Positions 39,144-49,943 of a stretch of DNA of 64,000 bases are shown here, in pieces. Location of the stretch: the NCBI GenBank assembly GCA_965249485.1, contig OZ252239.1:2016001-2080000 (forward strand), given 5' to 3'. Source of the stretch: a bacterium. GTDB taxonomy: Bacteria; SM23-31. The translations under genes were made by a program, and so were the position numbers. The notes beneath the pieces are model-generated. The model made no database searches. It was not told where the DNA came from and saw nothing but the letters and a program-made list of their open reading frames with translations. Position 1 is the first letter of the stretch, and the number at the start of each line of letters is the position of its first letter.

Positions 39144-41357
39144 ATGACCCCGATTAAAAGCATTTCGGTTATTTCGCAGGGGAGTTTTTTACTCTTTGCG
39201 TTCTTGTTATTCTTAAGTGTTGGTGCAATTATTTTTATGTATAAATCGACGACCCCTCCTGTTGCTTCGTGGAGAAGATTTCTGCTTGCTGCCGTCCGTT
39301 TTTGTGCTTTGTTGGCTATAGTCGGGGTTATATTTTCTCCGGTGTTAATGGTGTCATACGAGGATCAGCAAAAACCAAATCTTGCAATTGTAATCGATAC
39401 ATCATCTAGTATGAATAATTCTCTTCTTGCGGATAGAGAGCAATCTCAAGATGATAATCTGCAGCCTCATAGTATCATAAATGCTCTTCAATCAATAGAT
39501 ATTCAGGCATTAACTCAGAGTATGGATCTTAATTATTACCAGTTTGACCGCGTAGTTCAGTCAATTACTGAAAATGATTTACCTGCTCTTGTATTCGAAG
39601 GAGAAGGCACAGATATATCATCCGTACTTCGCACGGTGATAGATCGTCCTGATGAACAAACTCTCCGTGGAATAGTGCTCATTACAGACGGAATGTATAA
39701 TATTGGTGAGAATCCGGCATATACAGCAAGTATGAGTGACACGCCGGTATTTCCTGTCCTGATTGGAGATCCCACACTAAAAAATGATGTGTTGATTACT
39801 GATGTACAAATGAACGAAATTACTTATACGGATGAAGAAATTCCCGTTACTGTCACCGTTCAAAGCAGCGGATATGAAGGGCGGTCAGCAGCAGTACAGC
39901 TTTTCTCAGCCGATAACGAATTATTAGATTCCGGGACTATCTTCCTCGGAAGTGATTTTCAGGAGCAGACTATAGTGTTTCATTACACCCCTAAATTAGC
40001 CGGAGTTCAAACACTACATGTTTCGGTTCCCTCATTTGAAAATGAGGTATCGGTAGAAAATAATAATCAAGATATACACTTGAAAGTGTTAGAGTCAAAA
40101 TTGAAAATACTTATTATTGCCGGTCGTCCCAGCCTCGATTTTTCTTTTATGAAAAGGAGCCTTGAATCAGTTGATGATTATACGGTAACATCGCTCGTTC
40201 TGAAACCTGGAGGATCTTATCTGGAGAATACTGTGGCAATTCTGAACAGTATACATACATTTCATTTATTCATATTCATTGATTTTCCTGCTGAGCAGAG
40301 TTCGGATGCACCGATACAAGCATTACGGTCCGAAATTGCCGGAAAAAATAAACCGGTATTGTACATGAGCGGCCCGTCATTGTCTCCGGTTCAGCTTCAA
40401 AACATTGCTGACATGATAGCTGTGAGAAATCTTGTTCAACGGGGTGAAGAGATCGAAACATTTTTCAAATTGTCCGAAGACGCCTTCAATCACCCGGTAT
40501 TTCAAATATCAGATGATCCTAATACAAATAGGATGCTCTGGTCAACTTTGCCTCCAATCTATACACCCGGAATGATTCCGGTTCCGATCAATGATGCAGA
40601 AATAATGGCAAATGTTGATATTGTTCGTGCTCCGGCTTCATCCTCCGCAAGCAACACACCGCTCATGTTTCTGAGAAGAGTCGAAGAAAGAAAATCTCTG
40701 TTCCTTAATATCTATACTATGTGGCGCTGGAAGCTCATGTTACTCCGTGATCCTGAGAAGAGAGATTTTTATGATACATTTTTAAAGAACTGCGTTCAAT
40801 GGCTTGTGAATTCCGAAGATAGTAAGCAAGTATCAATTGCGACTAATAAAGAATTTTACCGTAACGGTGAATCCATTTATGTCAGTGCGCAGGTTTATAC
40901 ACCTAATTACGAGCCGATCGACAATGCAGAAGTGCAAATATCCATAAAAAATGCCGAATCAGAGTTTTCACGCATTCTGTTATCGACAGGGAATGGTCAC
41001 TATTCATTATCACTAACAATATTAGAACCGGGGAATTACACACTCTCTGCCAGTGCAATACTAGACGACTATTTAATTGGATCCGATGTAACTGATTTTT
41101 TTATAGACAGCTTTAATATTGAGCAGCTTAAAACAACCTCTGACAGCCTACTATTGGCTCAGATCGCTGAGCAGTCAGGCGGGGCACTTCTTAAAACAGA
41201 TAAATTGTCCAATCTTACAGAGTATCTTGATACCAGCCTGATTGCTATACTGAAAACTATCACTCTTCAGATTTGGAACACGGCTTGGTTGTTGGCGGTT
41301 ATAGTTTTCCTATTATGCTTAGAGTGGTTTTTAAGGAAAAGGATGGGGATGCTGTAA
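39144..41357 (+). CDS. Membrane-anchored vWA domain protein with Ig-like domains
   Basis: N-terminal TMs, MIDAS DTSSSM, LITDG, C-terminal EWFLRKRMGML signature. Confidence 0.8.
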   Translation: MTPIKSISVISQGSFLLFAFLLFLSVGAIIFMYKSTTPPVASWRRFLLAAVRFCALLAIVGVIFSPVLMVSYEDQQKPNLAIVIDTSSSMNNSLLADREQSQDDNLQPHSIINALQSIDIQALTQSMDLNYYQFDRVVQSITENDLPALVFEGEGTDISSVLRTVIDRPDEQTLRGIVLITDGMYNIGENPAYTASMSDTPVFPVLIGDPTLKNDVLITDVQMNEITYTDEEIPVTVTVQSSGYEGRSAAVQLFSADNELLDSGTIFLGSDFQEQTIVFHYTPKLAGVQTLHVSVPSFENEVSVENNNQDIHLKVLESKLKILIIAGRPSLDFSFMKRSLESVDDYTVTSLVLKPGGSYLENTVAILNSIHTFHLFIFIDFPAEQSSDAPIQALRSEIAGKNKPVLYMSGPSLSPVQLQNIADMIAVRNLVQRGEEIETFFKLSEDAFNHPVFQISDDPNTNRMLWSTLPPIYTPGMIPVPINDAEIMANVDIVRAPASSSASNTPLMFLRRVEERKSLFLNIYTMWRWKLMLLRDPEKRDFYDTFLKNCVQWLVNSEDSKQVSIATNKEFYRNGESIYVSAQVYTPNYEPIDNAEVQISIKNAESEFSRILLSTGNGHYSLSLTILEPGNYTLSASAILDDYLIGSDVTDFFIDSFNIEQLKTTSDSLLLAQIAEQSGGALLKTDKLSNLTEYLDTSLIAILKTITLQIWNTAWLLAVIVFLLCLEWFLRKRMGML

Positions 41358-41492
41358 AAATGAAATTTTCAATTCTACAGCGAAAAAAGCGGAAAATTTT
41401 ATAATTTTTTTATCGCATTCTATAAATCAATTTGTAGTAACTTATTGTCATAATGGGATGTTTCATAAACTATATAAATGGAAGGATATCTC

Positions 41493-41684
41493 ATGACGTG
41501 CAACGTAGGAAAGACCGACAGAAAAATACGAATAATTGCCGGGGTAGTTATTGCAGGGGCAGGGATATATTACCAGTCCTGGTTAGGTTTGATTGCACTT
41601 GCACCGCTTGGAACGGCAATATCAGGATGGTGCCCGACATATCTACCGTTTAAAATCAATACGCAGAAATCTGATAGTGTCTAA
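41493..41684 (+). CDS. DUF2892 (YgaP-like) small membrane protein
   Basis: MTCNVGKTDRKIRI...GWCPTY. Confidence 0.85.
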   Translation: MTCNVGKTDRKIRIIAGVVIAGAGIYYQSWLGLIALAPLGTAISGWCPTYLPFKINTQKSDSV

Positions 41685-41983
41685 CAATTCCAATTGGTAA
41701 TAGCCGATCTCGTTAACCTGTCGATTACGGGTGGTCACGCTGAAGTGTGCTAAAATATTCCAAATAAACTACCAAACCCTCAAAGGTTTTATATCCGAGA
41801 GTATTCCGTATACTGTTAAAGTCATTTTTTTTATAAGGTTATTGTATAATCATGCAGTAGTGATAATGGTTTGAGATGCCATTTTTATGTCAGTTTGATT
41901 GTGAATAGTTATAGGGAGTAATAATTTTTATACTCATCAACTTTATATGATGAAGTGTTATAATTAGGATATAAATAAATCAA

Positions 41984-42478
41984 ATGCAAAATGAGGCAAA
42001 TATGAATTCGCTCTTTCAATATAAAATGACTCATAGAATTGAGTTCGATGATCTTGATGCTTTTCAAGTTGTTCACAATAGTACTTATTTCCGCTTTTTC
42101 GAAAGAGGTCGTATAGAATACCTTCGCCATGTCGGACTTATTCCAGATCAGGAACAGGGATTTAAAAATATCGAAGTAGCAGTTGTTGAAAATTACTGCT
42201 CATATAGAAAACCTGCAAAATTTGACGATGTTATTGCAGTAAATCTGCGAATTTCATATTTAAAAAAAAGCAGTCTTCAGTTCCAATATTTGATAGAGAG
42301 AGATAATGATGGTGTTTTGATAGCATATGGCTATTCTAATCTCATCAACGTCTCTGGCCCTCATTTTAAGGTAACGCGGTTCAATCCAGAATTTTTAAGA
42401 GCAATAGAAACATTTGAAGGTGATAACCTTGATAAAATGACCGGTATTCCAAACGTGAAAAATAATACGAATCACTGA
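41984..42478 (+). CDS. Acyl-CoA thioesterase (YbgC/FadM, hotdog fold)
   Basis: DLDAFQVVHNSTYFRFFERGR, YRKPAKFDD. Confidence 0.88.
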   Translation: MQNEANMNSLFQYKMTHRIEFDDLDAFQVVHNSTYFRFFERGRIEYLRHVGLIPDQEQGFKNIEVAVVENYCSYRKPAKFDDVIAVNLRISYLKKSSLQFQYLIERDNDGVLIAYGYSNLINVSGPHFKVTRFNPEFLRAIETFEGDNLDKMTGIPNVKNNTNH

Positions 42479-42505
42479 GAGAGTAAAACAGAATCTCAAC
42501 ATTTG

Positions 42506-42552
42506 TGTTGCTATTACAACACGGAATTTGTTATAATAGCAACATTGTTTTT
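42506..42552 (+). terminator. Hairpin/terminator after the thioesterase
   Basis: TGTTGCTATTACAAC...GTTATAATAGCAACA then TTGTTTTT. Confidence 0.5.
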
Positions 42553-42620
42553 CACCATCCATCATCATCATACTAGCATCACTCAGAACTTATTAACTGA
42601 ACACCTATTAGAACACAATA

Positions 42621-42863
42621 TTGGAAATATCCGATCAGTCTGGGGTACTTGATTACCGTGAAGAGCTGGCTGTAAATCCTGTTGCATTCAACAAGGCAAC
42701 ATTCAAAAAAATTCTCAGAATTCCGGAGATCTCTCCTGATCAAGGTGGGAAAATTTCATCCTATCGCAGAAAATAGCAACCTTTCACAAATCTTACGTCA
42801 ATTCAGCAGATCAATTCAATACACAGAACTGGTTTGAGCTTATCATACAAATTTCAAACTTAG
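42621..42863 (+). pseudogene. Remnant of a ComEA-like helix-hairpin-helix protein
   Basis: Manual translation LEISDQSGVLDYREELAVNPVAFNKATFKKILRIPEISPDQGGKISSYRRK*QPFTNLTSIQQINSI follows the ComEA/HhH_3 pattern NP-N-AT-L-IP-I-YR-PF-L; in-frame TAG at 42774. Confidence 0.6.
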
Positions 42864-43526
42864 ACAGTGACAGATCCTCTATATTAATAGAAATCCGATC
42901 AGCGATTTCATTGTGTTTTGGAGAAGTCAAAGAGGGTGTACAGTTTTGAGAAATTTCCAAAGAATGAACATGTTTTTAAATCGGACATAATGAGTACATT
43001 TGAAGTGTGTTCTTCTAATAATGTAATAGCAATTTTTGAATAATATTTGTACATTTAACCCATATATATTTCGATGAGTTTCCTCACAAGAAACATACAT
43101 ACTATATAGTATAATTGTATTTCTTACACATTAAATTATATTTCAAACTGCCAATTAAATATTTTTTTCATTTATGGTGAGTATGAAGTACCAGAGTTGA
43201 TTAGTTGAAGCAAATACGCCTTCTGTTAAAGTTCCGGTTTTTGGATTGATAATGTACTCCGATTGTGACAATCTTGAGCACTCCAAACCATCCTCATTGA
43301 TGAGATTTAATCGTCTTATAAGAGAATCTATTCCTCTTTATCGATGTAATACTGCACAAGAATTCAATGACCGTTGTTTCCTGATTTGTTATTATAAAAT
43401 ATATTCTCAATTTTTAAGAACATCACAATCTTTATACATCTATTTTAATAGTTTAAACCCGCTTATACTTGTCAATAATATACAAAGTTTAAATTCTGAG
43501 ATACTCGTTGAAAGGAGTTGGTAAAG

Positions 43527-45652
43527 ATGGAAAAGCACATTCAGAATCTCAATGCTATATTTAAACCCCGCTCTGTTGCCGTTATTGGTGCAACTATGCG
43601 CGAAGGTTCTCTGGGGCGTACCCTCATGAAAAATCTTGTTGAGTATGAATTTAACGGCAAAATTTTTCCTGTTAATCCTAAAAGAGAAGTAATACACAGC
43701 ATAAAATGTTTTCATTCGGTGTCTTCCATTCCTGATAAGGTAGATCTTGGCATAATAATAGTGCCGAGAGATTATGTATTACCAACCATAGAAGAATGCG
43801 GTAAAAAAGGAATAAAAGGTGTTGTCGTAATAACCGCAGGTTTTAAAGAAGTGGGGGGTGCTGGCATCGAAATAGAAAATCAGGTCATGCAAAACCCTGA
43901 AACAATACGATATGAGAATGGTTGGTCCTAATTGTATGGGTGTAATTAACACAAATCCCGAAGTTCGTCTTGATGCTACTTTTGCACCTGAATATCCCAA
44001 TCGAGGTAATATCGGATTCCTCTCCCAAAGTGGTGCACTCGGCTTATCAATCATCAACTCATCAAATATATTTAATCTCGGAATGTCAATGTTTGTCAGT
44101 GTCGGAAATAAAACTGACATATCTGGTAATGACCTTCTCGAATATTGGGAAGACGATCCCGACGTGGAAGTAATTCTCATGTATCTGGAAAGCTTAGGTA
44201 ATCCGAGAAAATTCACCCAGATAGCGTAACGGGTAGCGAAAAAGAAACCAATATTTGCCGTAAAAGCCGGAAGGACGCTTGCTGGTGCTAAGGCGGCATC
44301 TTCTCACACGGGTGCAATAGCAGGAACCGATGTAGCAGTGGAAGCGCTCTTTGAGCAGTGCGGTGTGATCAGAGACAAAACCATGCAGGAAATGTTTGAA
44401 CTTGCAATTGCATTTTCACCTAAAAAATATCCGAAGGGAAAGCGAGTTGCAATCGTAACCAACGGAGGCGGACCGGGTATTATGGCGGCAGATGCCTGTA
44501 ATAGTATTGGCCTTGAGGTACCCACCTTTTCAGATGAAACACAAAAAGCGTTACGGTCTCATCTTGCACCAGAGGCATCTGTGACAAATCCGATTGATAT
44601 GATCGCAAGCGGCGATCCAGATGAATTTGAGAATGTTCTTGATGTCCGTATCTAATGATGACGAAATAGGCGCTATTCTGGCAATATCTATTACGCCACC
44701 GACAAGAATTAATCCTCAGGATATAATTCGTAAAATATCCGAGGCGGCAACAAAAACAGACAAGCCGATTCTTTCTGTTATGATGGGCAGTGAATCGCTT
44801 CCTGCGAATGAATCACAAACATCCGTCATTGAGCATGCGAGTTATCAGTTCCCGGAACCCGGTGCATATTCAATTCTGCAGATGTACCGGTATAGACAAT
44901 GGTGTGAAAAACCGGAAGGAAAAATAAAAAAATTCAAGGTCGAAAAAGAAAATGTTGCAAAAATTCTCGATAAAGAGGGTAAAAAAGCACCTCACTATTT
45001 GACAAATAAACAGGTTTTTGATATATTGTCTGCCTATAATCTGCCGTTTGTCGAATCTGAATCAGCTTCATCACATCATGCTGCTGCTAAAATAGCCGAG
45101 AAGATTGGGTTTCCTGTTGTTCTAAAAGCAGAAGCAAAAAATCTTATTCATAAGACTGATATCGGTGGTGTTTTGGTAGATCTCAGAAACAGAGGTGAAG
45201 TGATAGATGCTTTTTATAACTTAAAAGAGAAAGTGGAGTCGCAAAATAAAGACTCATTTAAAGGTGTCTTAGTGCAAAAGATGGTAACCAAAGGAAAAGA
45301 GGTTATTCTCGGAATGACATCGAAGAAAATGTTCGGTCCATTATTATTGTTCGGATTGGGTGGGATATTTGTTGAAGTGTTGAAAGATGTGCAGGTACGG
45401 CCGGCACCTATAACTGATCTTGATGCAGATTAAATGGTCCGCTCTATTAAAGGTTATCCCATCCTTGAAGGAATACGGGGAGACAAAAGTGTCGATTTTG
45501 AAATCCTTAAAGAATCTCTTCTCAAGTTGTCACAACTTGTGACAGATTTCGAAAGTATTCATGCAATTGATATTAATCCGTTTATGGTCAGCAGCAAGGC
45601 ACATTCTTCTTTTATTGTTGATGCGCGAATGCTTGTTGGAAATGAAGATTAA
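43527..45652 (+). pseudogene. Acetate/acyl-CoA ligase (ADP-forming, fused alpha-beta; Acd/Pat-like), disrupted
   Basis: PRSVAVIGA, ITAGFKE, GPNCMG, SQSGALG, SVGNK, catalytic SHTG, TNGGGPG, NPID, HKTDIGGV, FGPLLLFGLGG, DINP; +1 frameshifts near 43893 and 44647; in-frame TAA at 44227 and 45431. Confidence 0.9.
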
Positions 45653-45681
45653 AACCACCGGCTAATCACTAGAAAATAGGT

Positions 45682-46734
45682 ATGAGAAAAAATATTATTA
45701 TTACCTTTTTCATTATTAGTCTAATTGTTTCTGTGTTACAAACTGCACTTTCACAAGAAATCATCGGTTTCGACCAAGGAGAGGACAGCAAGCTTCCCAG
45801 GGAAAAACTCAAAGCTGCAATCGATCTTATTATTCAGGGAAAATATGACCATGCCGCAGCGTTTGCCGAATGCAATCTGAAAGACTCTCTTGCTGTCCGG
45901 TTCATTTTGATTTCGGCTTCATATGCCCGCCTCGGTGAACTGGAAACGTCCGAAGGTCAGCGTGAGTTTTTCAATGCAATAGATACTATTGAAAACATTG
46001 CTGAAAATCGGCTGATTCACAACTCTAACGATCTTGCAACGTTATTTTATTATGGATCGGCTCTCTGTTACCGGTCCGTGATACACAGAACAAACGGAAG
46101 TGTCTGGAAAGCCTTTTCCGATGCCCGGGCCGGCAAAAAACTCCTCGAAAAGTGTCTTCGAATCAGCCCGGAGTTCTCCGAACCTCATCTGCTTCTCGGT
46201 TCATATACCTACTGGATAAGTAAGGTAAATATCTTACGCTTTGTCCCTTTTGTTCCCGATAATAGAAAAAAGGGAATTGAAAAAATTGTTGCGTATGGTA
46301 ATCCTCAATCGATTTCGTACGCAATGAGCCTCAATCAGCTGTTCTGGATTTATATGGACGGAAAACAATATGATGAAGCGGAAGCAGTTGTCCTGAAAGG
46401 TCTGGAGCTCTATCCGGAAAGCAGGTTCTTTCTTTATCCGGCTGCCAATCTCGCACAGAAAAATGAGGAGTGGGAGAAAGCTGCCGGTTTTTTTGCGAAT
46501 GTCTATGACTCTCTTGTTAAAGACGGATTTGCTAATCGGTATATGGCATTAAAAGTAAGGGTAAAACAGGCTGAATCGTATGTGCAAATAAAAAAATTCA
46601 AGGAAGCTGTGCTGCTTTGTATCGAAATGAGCACCATGTTAGCAATACCCTCAGAACAGGAAAAAAGTGAATCCCTATATAAACGCGCACAAAAGATAGT
46701 GAGCCGATATTCCGCTTATGCAAATGATAATTAA
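45682..46734 (+). CDS. Exported TPR-like helical repeat protein
   Basis: Signal peptide; helical repeats (LEKCLRISPEF, GLELYPES). Confidence 0.65.
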   Translation: MRKNIIITFFIISLIVSVLQTALSQEIIGFDQGEDSKLPREKLKAAIDLIIQGKYDHAAAFAECNLKDSLAVRFILISASYARLGELETSEGQREFFNAIDTIENIAENRLIHNSNDLATLFYYGSALCYRSVIHRTNGSVWKAFSDARAGKKLLEKCLRISPEFSEPHLLLGSYTYWISKVNILRFVPFVPDNRKKGIEKIVAYGNPQSISYAMSLNQLFWIYMDGKQYDEAEAVVLKGLELYPESRFFLYPAANLAQKNEEWEKAAGFFANVYDSLVKDGFANRYMALKVRVKQAESYVQIKKFKEAVLLCIEMSTMLAIPSEQEKSESLYKRAQKIVSRYSAYANDN

Positions 46735-46909
46735 TGCCGGATTGTGTGATTTTTTCACATTCTTTCCTCATCCCGCAATAAAAATGAAACTTCTCGAAAG
46801 TTTTGTGGTTAAATGTACTGATATATTGTATAGTTTCCATATGCTTTGATCTGCAAAATTGTCAAAGTGATTATGCAATTAATGTTGCTAAAGCAGGAAT
46901 AAATAAGCT

Positions 46910-48124
46910 ATGTCCTTATTCGAATATAAAGGTATTAATCAAAATGGACAGCATGTAACCGGAACGATGGAAGCAGCAGTTGCCGGAGCTGTTTTTGAGT
47001 ATCTTGACAAACAGAATATTACTCCGGTCAGAATTTCTGTTAAAAAAGAAGGTCTTCAGCTCAACTTCAACTTGTTCAAGAAAAAAGCAAAAATAAAAGA
47101 TGTTGAGCTCGTCCAGTTCACGAAACAGCTTGTAACGCTGCTGAAGGCTGGAGCGCCGATTTCTTCCTGTTTAGATGCTCTATCTGAACAAAATGATAAT
47201 CAAGATTTCAAAAATGTGTTGAAGCAGATACATAGTAATGTTGAAGAAGGAATTAGCTTATCAGATGCACTAACAAAGCACCCGTCAATTTTCAATAAAC
47301 TTTATGTACATGGTGTGAAAGCGGGTGAGGCTGGCGGTGTTCTCGATCAGGTCCTACAGCGGATCGGAATGCTCATGGCTTACGAGTCGGATATCAAACA
47401 AAAAGTAAAGAGCGCAATGCGTTATCCGATCTTTGTTATTTCAGCGATCGGTGTAGCTTTTGTTTTATTGATGACACTGGTTGTTCCTAATTTTGTTGAA
47501 ATGTTTACTCGAAGCGGAACAGCGCTGCCGCTTCCGACGAGGATCATGATCGGCATGAGCAATTTTATGCAGAATTACTGGTGGCTTATCATAATAATGG
47601 GCATAGGTGGAACAATCGGATTTCTTTTCTACCGCGGGACTCCCAAGGGCAAGTACAATATCGACATGTTCAAATTGAAGGTGCCTGTATTCGGGAATTT
47701 AGTTATGAAATCTTCTATGTCCCGGTTTGCCCATATGTTTGAAACGTTGAACAAAAGCGGTTTGCCGATTTTGCAGACAATGGAAATTGTGTCGACAACA
47801 ATTGGAAACAAAGTGATCAGCAGTGGACTTGATAAAGTTGGACAGGGTATTGAGAAAGGGAGAGGTATATCAGGGCCACTCAAGGAGAGCGGAATGTTTC
47901 CGCCCCTTGTCATCAGAATGATTGCGGTTGGTGAGCAGTCAGGTTCGCTGGATGAAATGCTCCAAAATGTTGCAGAGCACTATGATTCGGAAGTTACTTA
48001 TCTGATTGAAAATCTCGTAGGAATGATCGAACCGATTCTTACAATTACTATTGGTGCAATGGTGCTTTTTTTAGCCCTGAGTATCTTTTTGCCAATGTGG
48101 GATTCGATGAACACATTAGGCTAG
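46910..48124 (+). CDS. pilC: Type IV pilus/T2SS inner-membrane platform protein (PilC/GspF)
   Basis: FTKQLVTLLKAG, AGEAGGVL, AMRYP, LPLPT, VGEQSGSL, IEP, IFLPM. Confidence 0.92.
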   Translation: MSLFEYKGINQNGQHVTGTMEAAVAGAVFEYLDKQNITPVRISVKKEGLQLNFNLFKKKAKIKDVELVQFTKQLVTLLKAGAPISSCLDALSEQNDNQDFKNVLKQIHSNVEEGISLSDALTKHPSIFNKLYVHGVKAGEAGGVLDQVLQRIGMLMAYESDIKQKVKSAMRYPIFVISAIGVAFVLLMTLVVPNFVEMFTRSGTALPLPTRIMIGMSNFMQNYWWLIIIMGIGGTIGFLFYRGTPKGKYNIDMFKLKVPVFGNLVMKSSMSRFAHMFETLNKSGLPILQTMEIVSTTIGNKVISSGLDKVGQGIEKGRGISGPLKESGMFPPLVIRMIAVGEQSGSLDEMLQNVAEHYDSEVTYLIENLVGMIEPILTITIGAMVLFLALSIFLPMWDSMNTLG

Positions 48125-48231
48125 TCAGCTAACAATAGCAAAAACATTTTTTATTATTGATCTGCTTTGGGTGTATTAATTGTGACAGTGATTATAGCAG
48201 GTTTTTAAAAGGAAGTAAGTAAAGTAATCCT

Positions 48232-48474
48232 ATGAAATTATTGTTGATTCAGGTTTTAGATATCTATATGTTTGTCATCATTATCCGGGTAGTACTCTCA
48301 TGGGTAAAGGTAAGTCATTCAAATCCTGTCATTGGTATGATCTATACCTTGACAGAACCTGTATTAGAACCTATACGTCGAATACTTCCGAATATGGGTG
48401 GAATTGACTTGTCACCGCTCGTTGTATTTTTTGTATACAATTTATTGTTGAAACCGTTTATTATAGGTTTATAG
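48232..48474 (+). CDS. yggT: YggT family membrane protein
   Basis: LSW...LTEPVLEPIRRILP..GGIDLSP. Confidence 0.92.
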   Translation: MKLLLIQVLDIYMFVIIIRVVLSWVKVSHSNPVIGMIYTLTEPVLEPIRRILPNMGGIDLSPLVVFFVYNLLLKPFIIGL

Positions 48475-48510
48475 AAAATTCATAGAAAAGTTTTAGAAAG
48501 GGAAGCTGCA

Positions 48511-48861
48511 ATGACAACCTTATGGGACTCCATCAGAAAAGGACTCATTGATGGAGCAAAAATGGCTAAGGAAGGCGCGCATATTGCTGCCGAAAAAGCA
48601 GAAGAACTCGGAAAAAAGAGTAAAATCATGCTTGATATTAGCAATATTAAGCGGAAAATAGAGAAAAATTTTACTGAACTTGGAGGGAAAACATATCATC
48701 TGATCCAGGAAGAAAAAGTCAAAGAAATATCGGATAATACCGACATAAAGACATTATTGAAAACTATCAAAACTCTTGAGAGCGACCTGCGGAAGAAACA
48801 TTCGGAACTTGAGCAGATCAGTGAAAGCTCAGGAGCAGAAAAAACTGCTGATGCCGAATAA
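48511..48861 (+). CDS. Hypothetical coiled-coil protein
   Basis: AAAGGGA RBS, 116-aa charged helical sequence. Confidence 0.7.
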   Translation: MTTLWDSIRKGLIDGAKMAKEGAHIAAEKAEELGKKSKIMLDISNIKRKIEKNFTELGGKTYHLIQEEKVKEISDNTDIKTLLKTIKTLESDLRKKHSELEQISESSGAEKTADAE

Positions 48862-48994
48862 TAAGAATCGTTGTTTACGGTAAATAAACATTACCGTTTT
48901 TCAATAGTGAGACGTATCAACGGACAAAAATATTATTAAATAAAATAATTGTTATAATGTTCGTTAGAAATTCTAAACTAATGGTAGGGAGTAT

Positions 48995-49852
48995 ATGATC
49001 AAATTGAGTCAAAAGCAGAGCAATCGTGAGAACCAGTCATTAGATAAATACCTTCAGGAGATTGGAGAAGTGCCGTTGTTAGCTCCTGCTGAAGAGATTG
49101 ATTTAGCACGACTTATTAAGCAAAATGATCAGGGAGCACTTGAAAAATTGACAAAAGCGAATCTCAGGTTTGTTGTAAGTGTTGCAAAACAGTATCAAAA
49201 TCAAGGACTTACCTTGGGGGACTTAATAAACGAAGGAAATCTTGGCCTCATTAAAGCCGCGAACCGGTTTGACGAAACGCGTGGATTTAAATTCATATCC
49301 TATGCAGTGTGGTGGATTCGGCAATCGATTCTCCAGGCACTTGCAGAACAGTCCCGCGTTGTACGACTTCCATTAAACCGTGTTGGCGCATTAAATAAAA
49401 TTGGAAAAGCGCTCAGCAACCTTGAACAGGAATTTGAACGGGAACCAAGCGCCTCTGAAATTGCAGAAGAGCTGGAAATGACACCGTTCGAGGTTTCGGA
49501 TACGCTAAAAATCTCGGGGCGCCATCTCTCAATGGATGCACCTTTCAACCAGGGTGAGGATAACCGGCTTCTTGATGTTATACAAAATGACCGGCAACCT
49601 TCACCGGATAATGACCTCATGCGAGAATCACTGAAAGATGAGGTAGAAAGGGCACTCTCAACATTAACCCGTAGAGAAGCAGAGGTTGTAAAACTGTATT
49701 TTGGACTTGACCAGGAACACCCATTAACGCTTGAAGAAATCGGTGAACAATTTAATCTAACGCGCGAACGGGTTCGTCAAATTAAAGAAAAAGCGATCAA
49801 GCGGCTAAGACACGCATCAAGAAGCCGATCGCTCCGCACATACCTCGGATAG
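48995..49852 (+). CDS. rpoD: RNA polymerase sigma-70 factor, short RpoD/SigA type
   Basis: [57 protein letters not shown]; lacks region 1.1. Confidence 0.9.
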   Translation: MIKLSQKQSNRENQSLDKYLQEIGEVPLLAPAEEIDLARLIKQNDQGALEKLTKANLRFVVSVAKQYQNQGLTLGDLINEGNLGLIKAANRFDETRGFKFISYAVWWIRQSILQALAEQSRVVRLPLNRVGALNKIGKALSNLEQEFEREPSASEIAEELEMTPFEVSDTLKISGRHLSMDAPFNQGEDNRLLDVIQNDRQPSPDNDLMRESLKDEVERALSTLTRREAEVVKLYFGLDQEHPLTLEEIGEQFNLTRERVRQIKEKAIKRLRHASRSRSLRTYLG

Positions 49853-49943
49853 TAAAATTACCTTGACTTAAGAAAAATAATTTCTTAATTTTTCCGCTGA
49901 ATACAAATTCGCTGTAATTATTGTATAATATTTCAGGATACTT

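Noticed and set aside
41700..41830. Slightly GC-richer intergenic stretch as a possible structured ncRNA
   Set aside because: Could not match it to any riboswitch or sRNA consensus or find a convincing fold.
43246..43524. 92-aa ORF in the ORF track
   Set aside because: TTG start, no RBS, no motif; lies in a decayed AT-rich spacer.
44227..45433. In-frame TAA codons (also 10169) as stop-codon reassignment or read-through
   Set aside because: Many intact genes here end in TAA, and the same genes also carry frameshifts; pseudogenisation is simpler.
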